Shown piece by piece: positions 8,727-18,200 of a stretch of 32,000 bases of DNA. The position numbers were made by a program, and so were the translations under genes. This DNA is from Pyrobaculum aerophilum str. IM2 (lineage in GTDB: Archaea; Thermoproteota; Thermoprotei; Thermoproteales; Thermoproteaceae), in the NCBI RefSeq assembly GCF_000007225.1, contig NC_003364.1, forward strand, positions 900,001 to 932,000, given 5' to 3'. A model generated the notes under the pieces. The model ran no database searches. It saw only the letters and a list, made by a program, of their open reading frames with translations, and had not been told where the DNA came from. Positions within the stretch are counted from its first letter, which is position 1; each line of letters begins with the position of its first letter.

Positions 8727-9746
8727 TTATTTGAAGACTCTTAACTCAGAAAATACATAATTTGCAATATACCCGGCTATTACTCCTAACACGTACGACG
8801 CGTAAATCCACAGCCCCAGTAGGGCTAGGCCGTTTGTAACGAGGTAGTTAGTAATATTTCCAATAGCCGTTGCCAAGTGGTATTTAGCCCACCCGGCGAG
8901 GAACGGCGTTTGCCGATCTGCAAAAGTCCAGCTCCTGTTGAGCACGTAATTAGACGTCAAGCTCACCTCTATTGCCGCGGCCGTGGAGATCAGCGGCGGG
9001 AGCCAGCCCAGCGCGTATATAACCATTAGCGCAATGCCTATCCCAGTGGCCCCCACAGCGGCGAATTTTAAAGGGCGCCACCGCGAGAGGACTAATAGCT
9101 GGCGGAGGAAGTCGAATATGTGCCTCCTCCCCAGTTTAGACCTCCCCCGCGTCCTCCGGCCGAAGACAAAGGGCACTTCGACGATACAAGCGGGCTTGCA
9201 CTGGGCCAGCACGTCGAGGAGAATTTTGTAAAGGCCTGTGGGCTTTACGCCCGCTATGCAGTCTCTACTGTAGGCGAAAAAGCCCGAGACTGGGTCCTTA
9301 ACGCCCCTTGCCTCCGGCAGTAAGAGCCTAGCCAGCATCACGGCGCCTCGCGACACTATTTTTCTCGCCAAGGGCCAGCCCACCACCATCCCCCCCTTTA
9401 TATACCTGGAGGCTATTGCCAAACACCCCCTCTCCGCCTCCCGCACAAGCGCCGGGACTATTTCAGGCGGGTGTTGCAAGTCGGCGTCCATTACCACCAC
9501 TATGCGGCCCGAGGCGGCCCTCGCCCCCTCCACCACTGCGCTTGAGAGGCCCCCCCTCCTCTCGCGGACTATGACCTTAACCGGATACCTAGAGGCAAGC
9601 CCCCTGGCCACTTCAGCAGTCCCGTCGGGGCTGTTGTCGTCAACTATAATTATTTCATAGCCCTCTCTCAACGCCCCATCCAGCCGTTGTACAAGCTCCG
9701 CTAAGTTCTCAGCCTCGTTATAAGTGGGCACTACTACAGATATCAT
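8727..9746 (-). CDS. GT2 glycosyltransferase, dolichol-phosphate mannose synthase-like, with C-terminal GtrA-like membrane domain
   Basis: VVVPTYNEAENL, IIVDDNSPDGT and MDADLQHPP motifs, with 4 C-terminal TM helices. Confidence 0.85.
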   Translation of the reverse strand: MISVVVPTYNEAENLAELVQRLDGALREGYEIIIVDDNSPDGTAEVARGLASRYPVKVIVRERRGGLSSAVVEGARAASGRIVVVMDADLQHPPEIVPALVREAERGCLAIASRYIKGGMVVGWPLARKIVSRGAVMLARLLLPEARGVKDPVSGFFAYSRDCIAGVKPTGLYKILLDVLAQCKPACIVEVPFVFGRRTRGRSKLGRRHIFDFLRQLLVLSRWRPLKFAAVGATGIGIALMVIYALGWLPPLISTAAAIEVSLTSNYVLNRSWTFADRQTPFLAGWAKYHLATAIGNITNYLVTNGLALLGLWIYASYVLGVIAGYIANYVFSELRVFK

Positions 9747-9833
9747 ATCCCCCTCTGGCTACAGCCATTGGCGAATCTATAAACATTCTTTATAAATCAC
9801 ATTAGAACCGTAAATATTAAATACTGCCCGTAG

Positions 9834-10859
9834 GTGGATTTTGTGGAGTTAAAACAGCTCTTTGACGGAAAAGTCTCTTTCATTTACGGCGCCAGCGGCA
9901 CTGGCAAGACGATATTAGTCTCTAAAGTGGCAATGGAACTGGCAAAAGAGGGGAGGAGGGTTGTGTGGGTTACGTTTAACGAGGGAAGGGACACTCTATT
10001 TAATACTTGGAGTAGTTTTGGGTGGGATCCCCGTTTAGTAGCAGTCTTCGACTATCCATACGTCCCACAGTATAAAGAGACGTTGTTTAACCAAGTTATA
10101 GACTTGGCCTATAAAGAAAAGGCGGAGGTCTTCATCGTCGACGGCGTGGAGGCGATAGTCTTCGATAGGGCGACGGCCGACGCGTTTACTAAAATGGGCA
10201 TACACACCATAGTGGGCATAGAAACTAGGCACAACCCTATGGCTGATATTGCAGACGTTATTATAAAACTGACGGCTAGGTATACAAGCTACGCAACTAT
10301 TAGGAGAGTTGAAATCCAGAAGGCCAGGGGGATCCGCGTTGAAAAGCCCGTGTACTACATGGCAATTCTCCACAGCGGTCCCGTTCTATTATCTGATGAA
10401 CACGCAGTCGCCGCGGAGCAGGCGAAAGTCCCGGCCCCCGGCCACCTGGCCAGTCTTATAAAGGAGGTACCTTTAGGCGTCAACATAGCGCTTTACGGCC
10501 CACACCAGAGGCTGACGGCGGCAGTAGTCGATGCGCCAAACGCCATCGCCTATGTGCACAAGCCGTATCAATTGGGGTTTTTCAAAAGGGCGAGGCCGAG
10601 GCTCGTGTCAATATATGCCCATAGGAGGCTTGAGCACTACGCCGAGAAAGTACTCTCTAGATATATTATTACGCTTGACGCCGAGTTGATACCCAGGGCG
10701 TATAGGCGGTTTAGGAGCCCAAATGCCGTGTGGATTGATATTTACACGTCGCCTCCTACCAACGCAGACTACGACTACGTCTTTTATGTAGATAGGAACA
10801 AAATTAGAGTAGACCACTCGCCTGAGCCTTTGGAAAGCCAAGAGCTACCTCTCCAATAG
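9834..10859 (+). CDS. KaiC/RecA-superfamily ATPase-like protein
   Basis: Walker A YGASGTGKT and Walker B-like EVFIVDGVE in the N-terminal half. The second half lacks a P-loop. An alternative GTG start at 9843 sits about 25 nt after TATA aaatattaaata. Confidence 0.7.
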   Translation: MDFVELKQLFDGKVSFIYGASGTGKTILVSKVAMELAKEGRRVVWVTFNEGRDTLFNTWSSFGWDPRLVAVFDYPYVPQYKETLFNQVIDLAYKEKAEVFIVDGVEAIVFDRATADAFTKMGIHTIVGIETRHNPMADIADVIIKLTARYTSYATIRRVEIQKARGIRVEKPVYYMAILHSGPVLLSDEHAVAAEQAKVPAPGHLASLIKEVPLGVNIALYGPHQRLTAAVVDAPNAIAYVHKPYQLGFFKRARPRLVSIYAHRRLEHYAEKVLSRYIITLDAELIPRAYRRFRSPNAVWIDIYTSPPTNADYDYVFYVDRNKIRVDHSPEPLESQELPLQ

Positions 10860-11741
10860 CTCTAACACCTTCTCGAGAGGCGGCTGAAGCTCTGCCTCGA
10901 TGGGAGCCCTGCCGCCTAAGATCTTTAACATCTCCTCCTCATACGCCGGCTTCTCCTCAGTTTTGTAGAACAAGCCAATAGGTATCTTCCCCACGGGATC
11001 TATAGTGGGCCACTCCAGCGCCTTTTTATAAGCTTGGAAGTAGTCCCTTGGGTCGTGGCCGCTTTCCTCAAGTTTGTAAACTCTAGCCCTGAACCAGTCG
11101 TAGGTATTCACTTTGTTAAACGTCACACAAGGGCTCAATACGTCCACAAGCGCAAAGCCTCTGTGAGATAACGCCTCTTTTATGAGCTTGGCTAAGTGGG
11201 CCACATCTCCGCTAAACCCCCTGGCCACGTAAGTGGCCCCAGCTGCTAAGGCCAGCGCCAGCGGGTTCACCGGCTCGTCTATTGACCCATAGGGTGTGGT
11301 CTTTGTCTTAACCCCCTTTAGAGTAGTAGGCGACATCTGGCCTGTGGTTAAGCCGTAGACTTGGTTGTTCGACACTATATACGTAATGCCTATATTACGT
11401 CTGGCGGCGTGTATCATGTGATTTAGGCCAATTCCGTATCCGTCTCCATCGCCGCCTACGACCACTACTTTTAACTTGGGGTTGGCTATCTTAATCCCAG
11501 ATGCAATTGCCACTGCCCTGCCGTGCAGACCATGTATGCCGTAGGTCTTCATGAAGTGGGGTAGCTGAGAACTACAGCCAATTCCCGACACCACGACCAC
11601 TTGTTCATTTGGCAGAGAAAGCTCAGCCAGAGCCCTCCTTAAGGCCTCTAATATGCCATAGTCGCCGCATCCTGGGCACCAAATAGGCGGCCTGTTAACG
11701 GCGTAGTCCAAGGGCTTCTTCAATTCGACTTTCATATCCAC
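10845..11741 (-). CDS. 2-oxoacid:ferredoxin oxidoreductase, beta (TPP-binding) subunit
   Basis: WCPGCGDYGIL and GGDGDGYGIG TPP-binding motifs. 298 aa. Overlaps the upstream alpha subunit by 10 nt. Confidence 0.9.
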   Translation of the reverse strand: MDMKVELKKPLDYAVNRPPIWCPGCGDYGILEALRRALAELSLPNEQVVVVSGIGCSSQLPHFMKTYGIHGLHGRAVAIASGIKIANPKLKVVVVGGDGDGYGIGLNHMIHAARRNIGITYIVSNNQVYGLTTGQMSPTTLKGVKTKTTPYGSIDEPVNPLALALAAGATYVARGFSGDVAHLAKLIKEALSHRGFALVDVLSPCVTFNKVNTYDWFRARVYKLEESGHDPRDYFQAYKKALEWPTIDPVGKIPIGLFYKTEEKPAYEEEMLKILGGRAPIEAELQPPLEKVLELLER

Positions 11742-13360
11742 TCCCTCAATTCGTCTACACTAAAGGGCTCCCCCCACCATTTTAAAACCCGCCTAGTCAC
11801 CTTTACCCCTTTTGAGGATAAATAGTCGGCGAACTGCCCCCTGTAATTTACCTCTACAACGACGACTTCCTTCGCCGAGTTGAGGCGCTCGGCCCACGAG
11901 TCTAAGCGCATTGGGTATAAATCTCTGAACAGCGCAAGTCCAATGCCTCTCTCCGCCGAATAGTCCAACAGGGGCATAGAGGTAGAACCCCATCCCACTG
12001 CGTATATATCCCCGTCGCTTTTGATAAGGGGCGGCTCCATCTCCTCTGCGATTTTGGCGAGCTTGCGCATACGCTTATCGTGCATGGCCCTTCTCACCTC
12101 TGGCAAATGCCTGTCAGTTATTACGTCGCCTCTCTCGTCGTGCTCATCGCTTGTGGCTATGTGCATCCCGCCGGGAACGCCGGGAATAGTCCTCGGCGAT
12201 ACGCCGCTTTCTGTTATCTTATACCTCTTGTACTCCTCCCACACCAGCGGGCTCTGGAGCAACTCCCCCCTTTCTATTTTAAATCTGTGGGGATCGAACT
12301 CCACAGTGGCCAGAGACTCTGTGAAGTACAAGTCGATTAAGACTATTACTGGCACTTGGTATTTCTCGGCGATGTTAAACGCCTTGGCGGGGGCGTAGAG
12401 TCCCTCCTCAATCCACCTCGGGGCAATTACGGCGTGTGGATATTCGCCATGTGACGGCGATAAGGCCATTAACAGATCTGACTGCTCCGTCTCCGTGGGG
12501 AGGCCAGTACTGGGGCCGCCCCTCTGTGCCAAGAAAACCACTACAGGCGTTTCTAACATAGCCGCGAGGCCGAAGGCCTCATGCATTAGATCAAAACCGC
12601 CTCCGGAGGTCCCAGTAGCCGCCCTCACCCCTGCATAAGAGGCCCCAATAGCCATGTTAATCGCCGCTATCTCGTCCTCCGGCTGCACCACGGCGACTCC
12701 GAATTTAGGCCCCCACTCTGCGAGCCAGTGAAGTATGGGGCTGGCTGGCGTCATGGGATATGCCGCGTAGAATTTCATTCCGGACATAACAGAGCCGAGG
12801 GCTAGGGCCTCTGCGCCCGACATTAAAACCCTAGGATCTCCCAGCCTCTCCACCTCCGCTACGGGCGCGAACTTACTAGAGGCGAAGTTGTATGCGTCTT
12901 CTAAAACCGCTATGTTCGCCTCGGCAATTTTCTCCCCCCGCTCCCCGAACTCTTTCCTTATCTGATCGGCTATATGCTTGGGATTTAGCCCGAGCAGTGC
13001 GGCCAAAGCCCCAAGCGACGCCACGTTGCGCATTATGCGATTCCCGTGCTTTGTTGCAATTTCAGAAAGGGGCACCTCTTTCTCTGAAATTATATAACGC
13101 GCCATGCCTCTGTATGCCGCAAGAGCCGTTTCATTTAACGCTATTAACACGTCAACCCGCCTCCACTGGCCGTGGCTATATATCTTTCTGTCGGATACTC
13201 TTATCTGATAGAACATTGTCGGGTTGCCCTTTATTATCGAGCCGTACTGCCGGTATCCAAACACGTGGTAACCCATTCTTGCAAATACGGAGGCCAAAGT
13301 CCTCCCCGTAGTTTCAACTCCCTCCCCTTGAGCTCCGCTGATTCTAATCGTCAAATCCAT
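11732..13360 (-). CDS. 2-oxoacid:ferredoxin oxidoreductase, alpha subunit (fused gamma-alpha type)
   Basis: The N-terminal gamma-like domain (IRISGAQGEGVETTG) is fused to an alpha domain (AAYPMTPAS). This is the two-subunit crenarchaeal OFOR architecture. Confidence 0.9.
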   Translation of the reverse strand: MDLTIRISGAQGEGVETTGRTLASVFARMGYHVFGYRQYGSIIKGNPTMFYQIRVSDRKIYSHGQWRRVDVLIALNETALAAYRGMARYIISEKEVPLSEIATKHGNRIMRNVASLGALAALLGLNPKHIADQIRKEFGERGEKIAEANIAVLEDAYNFASSKFAPVAEVERLGDPRVLMSGAEALALGSVMSGMKFYAAYPMTPASPILHWLAEWGPKFGVAVVQPEDEIAAINMAIGASYAGVRAATGTSGGGFDLMHEAFGLAAMLETPVVVFLAQRGGPSTGLPTETEQSDLLMALSPSHGEYPHAVIAPRWIEEGLYAPAKAFNIAEKYQVPVIVLIDLYFTESLATVEFDPHRFKIERGELLQSPLVWEEYKRYKITESGVSPRTIPGVPGGMHIATSDEHDERGDVITDRHLPEVRRAMHDKRMRKLAKIAEEMEPPLIKSDGDIYAVGWGSTSMPLLDYSAERGIGLALFRDLYPMRLDSWAERLNSAKEVVVVEVNYRGQFADYLSSKGVKVTRRVLKWWGEPFSVDELREWI

Positions 13361-13378
13361 GAATCTAATTCGAATGAT

Positions 13379-13432
13379 AGATAAAAATGTTAATTATAAA
13401 TCATGCACATGCCTGGCGAACAAAATATAAAT
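13379..13432. promoter_or_regulatory. divergent promoter region (OFOR operon / 13458 gene)
   Basis: tttttatcta on the minus strand is centred about 24 nt from the OFOR-alpha ATG at 13360. aaaatataaat (13422-13432) lies about 30 nt before the GTG at 13458. Confidence 0.4.
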
Positions 13433-13457
13433 CTTACGCACCGCGGAAGTCCCCGCA

Positions 13458-13934
13458 GTGAACCAACGTTCACCACGTAGAGAAAATGGTGAACTACGCT
13501 TAGCCCTTAAAAAACCGGCCGAACCCATGGCCATGGACATTATTGCCATAATGAGAGGGCCCGGCCCGGGGCTTTACTATGTAGCGACGTCGCCTCCCCA
13601 TTGCGGCGTATTGAAGCTCAGGCTTGCGGAACTCCCCACAAATCTAGAGCCCCCATTCCGGGCCACGTATTTAAAGACTAGACACGGCACGGCATTAATA
13701 AACATCACAAGAATTGACCTAGACCAGTTCCTCCTGGACCACTACGAACATTTAATAGAGGGCGAGGTAGAGGCCGGCGTACTGAGAGGAGTTGTTTGCA
13801 ATAAAGAAATCACTGCGAAAGTCTTAGACAAGTCCATAACAGGCCCCGTTCTCGCCGCCGTGCCTGTGACTAAAGGCAGAAAAATCCCCCACATTATTCC
13901 GACACTGCTCGCCTACAAGCTACAGATAACTTAG
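13458..13934 (+). CDS. hypothetical protein
   Basis: 158-aa ORF with no recognised motif. The start is either GTG 13458 (fits the TATA spacing) or ATG 13527. Confidence 0.5.
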   Translation: MNQRSPRRENGELRLALKKPAEPMAMDIIAIMRGPGPGLYYVATSPPHCGVLKLRLAELPTNLEPPFRATYLKTRHGTALINITRIDLDQFLLDHYEHLIEGEVEAGVLRGVVCNKEITAKVLDKSITGPVLAAVPVTKGRKIPHIIPTLLAYKLQIT

Positions 13935-13960
13935 CACCAGACTACGCCCACATCACGCCC

Positions 13961-14512
13961 TTACTCTAAAACCTCCTCTTCTCGAAACCAAAATCTTATT
14001 TCTCTCTCGGCTTCGGACGGACTATCCGACGCGTGGACCAAGTTAAAAACCACCCTCCCCTCCTCAGCCGCTAAGTCAGGCGAGTCAATTGAGTAGTCGC
14101 CCCTTATTGTCCCCGGCGGCGCCGAGTGAGGCGACGTGGGGCCCACCAGCTTTCTGACGATTTCAACAGCCCTATTCCCCTTTAACACCATTACAACGAT
14201 AGGCCCCGATGTCATGTACTTAACTAAACTACGTTTAATAATCCGACCTACCTCCACGGGATCGTCAGTGCCAATCTTCGCCCTTGGATCTATGCCAAGC
14301 TCTTGATACGCCTTTAAAAGCTTCTGCCCCGCCGACCGGAGCCATTCCTCTGATGAGGGGTAAAATCTCTCTATTTCCTCTGGAGATGCCTTAACCATTT
14401 TGAGGGCTACTATCTTTAGGCCAGCTTTTTCAAACCTAGAAATAATCTCGCCGACAAGCCCCCGCGCCACTGCGTCTGGCTTCAGTATGAGTAGAGTTTT
14501 CTCAACAGGCAT
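13961..14512 (-). CDS. ndk: nucleoside diphosphate kinase
   Basis: TLLILKPDAVARGLVGEIISRFE and NLVHASDS (catalytic His) motifs. Start moved to the internal ATG at 14512, which sits 24 nt downstream of a TATA box. Confidence 0.9.
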   Translation of the reverse strand: MPVEKTLLILKPDAVARGLVGEIISRFEKAGLKIVALKMVKASPEEIERFYPSSEEWLRSAGQKLLKAYQELGIDPRAKIGTDDPVEVGRIIKRSLVKYMTSGPIVVMVLKGNRAVEIVRKLVGPTSPHSAPPGTIRGDYSIDSPDLAAEEGRVVFNLVHASDSPSEAEREIRFWFREEEVLE

Positions 14513-14530
14513 AATTAGAGCGAAAAAAGC

Positions 14531-14541
14531 AATATTTATAG
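14531..14541 (-). promoter_or_regulatory. ndk TATA box
   Basis: The minus strand reads ctataaatatt, centred about 24 nt upstream of the ndk ATG (leaderless geometry). Confidence 0.5.
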
Positions 14542-14569
14542 CATGCACGTATCAAAGTGGATACCCCTC

Positions 14570-14699
14570 CCCCCGCCCTCTGCCACAACGGCGTCAACGC
14601 CGTAGAAGGCCCCTTGCGTGAAACACCCCCAAGAGACGCCGAATTTCCGCGGTAGGCCTCTGGTAGCGCTACTTTTACACACGCCGCCTTAATTGTCAT
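14570..14699 (-). pseudogene. 5' remnant of the long paREP2a-like gene (homolog of 22102..22947), frameshifted and truncated
   Basis: It shares the ATGACAnTTAA stop/start overlap and about 130 nt with 22805..22947. It lacks 9 nt (one VKA repeat) and 7 nt (frameshift). Homology stops about 25 nt before the ndk TATA box. Confidence 0.6.
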
Positions 14700-14994
14700 C
14701 GTTCCTGTGTGCCACCTTAATCCAGTCGTCCACAAGCTTTATCTCAGGCCTTAGGTACACTCCCTGCGGCGTGTCAAATACGTAAAATGTGGCCATTTTT
14801 TCGCCCACCTTGCACACCGCCCTTTTCTCCGTGACAAAACACGACATGGGCTTCTCCCTCCATTCCCCTTCCCACCAAAATGCGCGTCTAAGGGCGTATT
14901 CGCTGATTAGAGGCTCGGCGTATTTTTCGCCGTATTCGGCGATTGCGGCCTTTGCCATTTCGCACATTCCGTAATACAGTTCAAGCCTTTTCAC
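14689..14994 (-). CDS. small conserved protein, 101 aa, RRAFWWEGEW motif (paREP2a-like), unknown function
   Basis: GTG start conserved in both copies. I counted 9 differences over 100 aligned residues versus 22937..23242. The same domain forms the C-terminus of 22102..22947. Confidence 0.7.
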   Translation of the reverse strand: MKRLELYYGMCEMAKAAIAEYGEKYAEPLISEYALRRAFWWEGEWREKPMSCFVTEKRAVCKVGEKMATFYVFDTPQGVYLRPEIKLVDDWIKVAHRNDDN

Positions 14995-15158
14995 TAATTT
15001 GCCCTCCTCGCCCGGCAGGACGGGCCACTTAAAACATCTGCGATGCCAGTCCTTCAGCGCGGCCGTGACTTGGCTTTTCAGGTCAAGCCTCCTCCTTCTT
15101 CCTCCACTCCAGTGCGCGGAGCCGCTCGTTCTTTATGTAATCTATGGCGCGTAGCCAT

Positions 15159-15205
15159 TTGCGTTAAAATATTGCGTTAAATCTCGCTTAAGTTGTTTTT
15201 AAAAA
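15159..15205 (+). promoter_or_regulatory. candidate promoter region of the giant gene: direct repeat TTGCGTTAAA x2 plus tttttaaaaa
   Basis: A perfect 10-nt direct repeat lies at 15159-15168 and 15172-15181 (13-nt period), embedding ttaaaatatt. A second A/T box at 15196-15205 is about 18 nt before the GTG at 15219. Confidence 0.3.
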
Positions 15206-15218
15206 GGCGCGGAAATAC

Positions 15219-18200
15219 GTGGAAGAGACGCCGGGATGCATTGCGGCGGTAGAGGAGGCAGTCAAGCCGGCGGTTGTAGCCGCGGCCGGCCTGGCCGGAT
15301 ATGCAACGCTACACGACGGGCTGTACTCTACGGCCGTTGTGTCAGCGACGGCCGCGGCTGTAATACTGGCGAGAGAGGGGGCCTTTGAGAGGGCAGTGGA
15401 GTACGTAAGAAGAGCCGCCGAAGCGGCGTATGAGGCGGCCCGCGAAATATTCCAAAAGGCGAAAGTGACGTTGCAGAGGCTCTACGAGTTATTCGTTGAA
15501 GCAATTGCAAGAGCCCTTGACTACGTAAGGGCGCATTGGTTTATTATCGCGGCGGCCGGGCTAATAAGCTGGCTTGCGGCACAGCAATTGGACTATACGC
15601 TGTGGCAAGACCACGTGGCGAAATTCGCGCCGCTGATCGCCGGCGTGCCAGCATTTAAGGAGTTCAAGACAGCCCTCGGCGACAGCGCCCCAGAATTGCT
15701 CAAGGCGGCTGAGGAGGCGTTGAAGTACAGGTCTGAAGGCGCAGTGGAGAGGCTGTTTGAAGAGGCCAGAGGGGCCGTTGGGAAGAGCTCTAAGCCGTGG
15801 CCCGACTTGAGGAAGGCGGCTAGGAATGTGGAAATGTTCGGCAAAAGGGTTATAAAGCCGGAGCACGCCGCTGTGGCGTGGGCCCTATTAGAGGCCGGGC
15901 TGAAAGAGCTCAGTGGCGTGAAAGACAAGGCACTGTCTACCCTTAAAGAGGCTATGGATAAACTGTCTAAGGAAGGGGAGACGGAGATATCTGCAAAGGA
16001 GATATCAGAATTTGTGAAAAGGGCACACGACATAGCGCATCACCTTGAGCTGTTGTTTGAACAAATCACGGAAAACGCTGAGAAGTACGGTAAAGCAGAG
16101 GAGATAAGAAGAGCCTTTACCGTGACTGGGGTGGCCGAAGAGCTGGCCGAGGCGCCTAAGACCGACTTTGACAGGCTCGGCGATGCCACTCTTGCCGACA
16201 AAGTCATAGCGTTTTTTGAAAGCTTAGCAGAGGGCACTTCGTGGAGCCGCGTTGTGCTAAACGCAATGGAGAGGGGAGAGGCGTACGTGGCGTTGATTAG
16301 AACGCCGAGAAGCGCAACAGTCAAATACGGCGTCAAAGCAGAGGGAGGGGCCAGGGATAGGGCGAAGAGGCTGGGCACTCTCATCGCCCGCCTTGCCCAC
16401 TGGCTAGCTGAGCGGGGAGTGGATAAAGCCGTGATAAGATGTGAAGGCAATACAGTGAAAATTATGGTAAACGGCGAGATTGTAGCCGAAGTAGAGACGA
16501 GGGCAATCAAGGAAGAGGAAGAGAGAATAGTCTATCGCGTAAGAGGCAAATGGGCAGAGGAAGAGGGCGAAAAAGCCAAGGAGCTGGCCGCGGAAATGGA
16601 GCCTGGTAGGGCGGAGGATTACGAGCTAAGGGCACTGTTGGTTACAGATGGCGGTTATGAAGTAGAGGGCGATGTTTATGCCGCGACTACCTCCGTAGCG
16701 CAAGCCGCTTTGTACAAGCGCTTCGGCATGAAGGTGTCGTATGCGGGAGTAGGCAACTTAGCTGAAGAAGGCTTTAAGCCGTTGCTTGAAGCGAGACTCT
16801 ACGAAAAGAGAGGGGGTAAAAAAGTGGTGGAAATGATAAGGCGTGATTTAGAAGATGGCTTAAAGGCCTTGTTAGGTGACGCGAAACTGAGGGAGGAGCT
16901 TAAGGAAAAAGCGTTAAGGCTCCTCGGCGAGATAGAAATCTCAGTGCACGATGCCGACAAGGAAACTGAAGAGGGAAGACAGAGGGTAGAGGAGGCGAGG
17001 AGGAAAATAGAAGAGAGAATTGTCAAGTTCCTGACTGAGCTTCGCCTTGGCGAGAACGGCTCCGTCTGTCTTGCAAATTGCCAATTTGGCGAGCCTACGC
17101 TGACTCCCAAACACGAGCCCTACACCCGCGTAATTGCGCCTCTCATACACTACATTGCGTCAGAGGCGCCAGAGGAGGAGATAGCAAAATTCCTCGCATA
17201 TGCAGTGCTCTTCGATGGGAGCGTAAGGCGGGATCGAGTGACGCTGGCACTGGGCAACTTCCGCGTTGATGACGCGTCAAAACGCCTTCCGCTTGATATA
17301 TACGACAAGGTGGCTCTGTATATAATCCTCGCCGCGAAATACAGCGTAGGCATTAAGGGAGTGTACGTGAGAAAGGGCGAAGCTAGGATATACTTCAACA
17401 CTGAACATGCCACAAAGATGTTCGCCACTGCGTGGGGGAATCTATGCGCCTTGTGGAGGTTTAGCAGAGAGAGCGGCCTATACGCTGACCACGTCTTTAA
17501 AAAACTTGAGGGCATTAGAAAGTATGTAGAGAGTTATGTAGACAAGGTGAGGATTGAGCACATCCTCCGCGGCGATAAAGTAACCGTCGTGTTTAAAGAC
17601 GAGAGGGGGGATGAAATTGCTCACATAAACATTAGATGGGACGGCGAAAGTCTACACGCCAACTTTGAAGGCATGAGGAAGAGGGCAGAGCAGCTAGTCT
17701 CAATACTGAGCGCCATGGGCGCCAAGGTTAAGGTTAAGGAATACAGCGGAAAGTGGCGCATAGAGCTTACTACAGATTCCATCACCGCCATCCGCCGCAA
17801 GGAGTGGCTTGACGCAGTTAGGACTCTCATAGAGGAGCTACATAACAAGGACATAATTAACAAAAGGCAGAGAGAGCGGTTGTTGAATGAAATAAGCGCC
17901 GGGCCTAACGTCGTTGAGATAGCCGGCGTGGAGTTAAGCGTTATGGAGATAAGAACTGAGAAACGCAGAGGATTGATAATTATATACCATCCAAGGTCGG
18001 CAAATACCTTTGACACCGCCATGAAAACGCTTAGGAGAGCCGGCTTCGTGGAGGGGGTACACTTCACTGCTAAGAGGCCACAGGGGGGCAAATATGGCCA
18101 TGTATACATCAAGATACCTGCAGGTTTGTGGAAACTGGAGGAACTGAAGAGACAAGGCGTAGAGTGGGCCAAGAGGGCGCTTAAGCGCTTGGAAGAAATT

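Noticed and set aside
12021-13311. Plus-strand ORFs of 86-139 aa antisense to the OFOR alpha subunit. Similar antisense ORFs occur within the EamA, tatC, hisS, nuoL, nuoM and nuoD genes.
   Set aside because: Each lies fully inside a well-supported gene on the opposite strand and has a low-complexity composition.
14502-14735. 77-aa ORF running from the 2a stump into the ndk start.
   Set aside because: It is a frameshifted reading of the truncated module that continues through the ndk TATA box and ATG. It is a by-product of truncation, not a gene.
15750-15785. P-loop-like string ARGAVGKS ([AG]x4GK[ST]) in the giant protein.
   Set aside because: It sits in a predicted helix without a preceding hydrophobic strand, and no Walker B is evident. 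Most likely a chance regex match.
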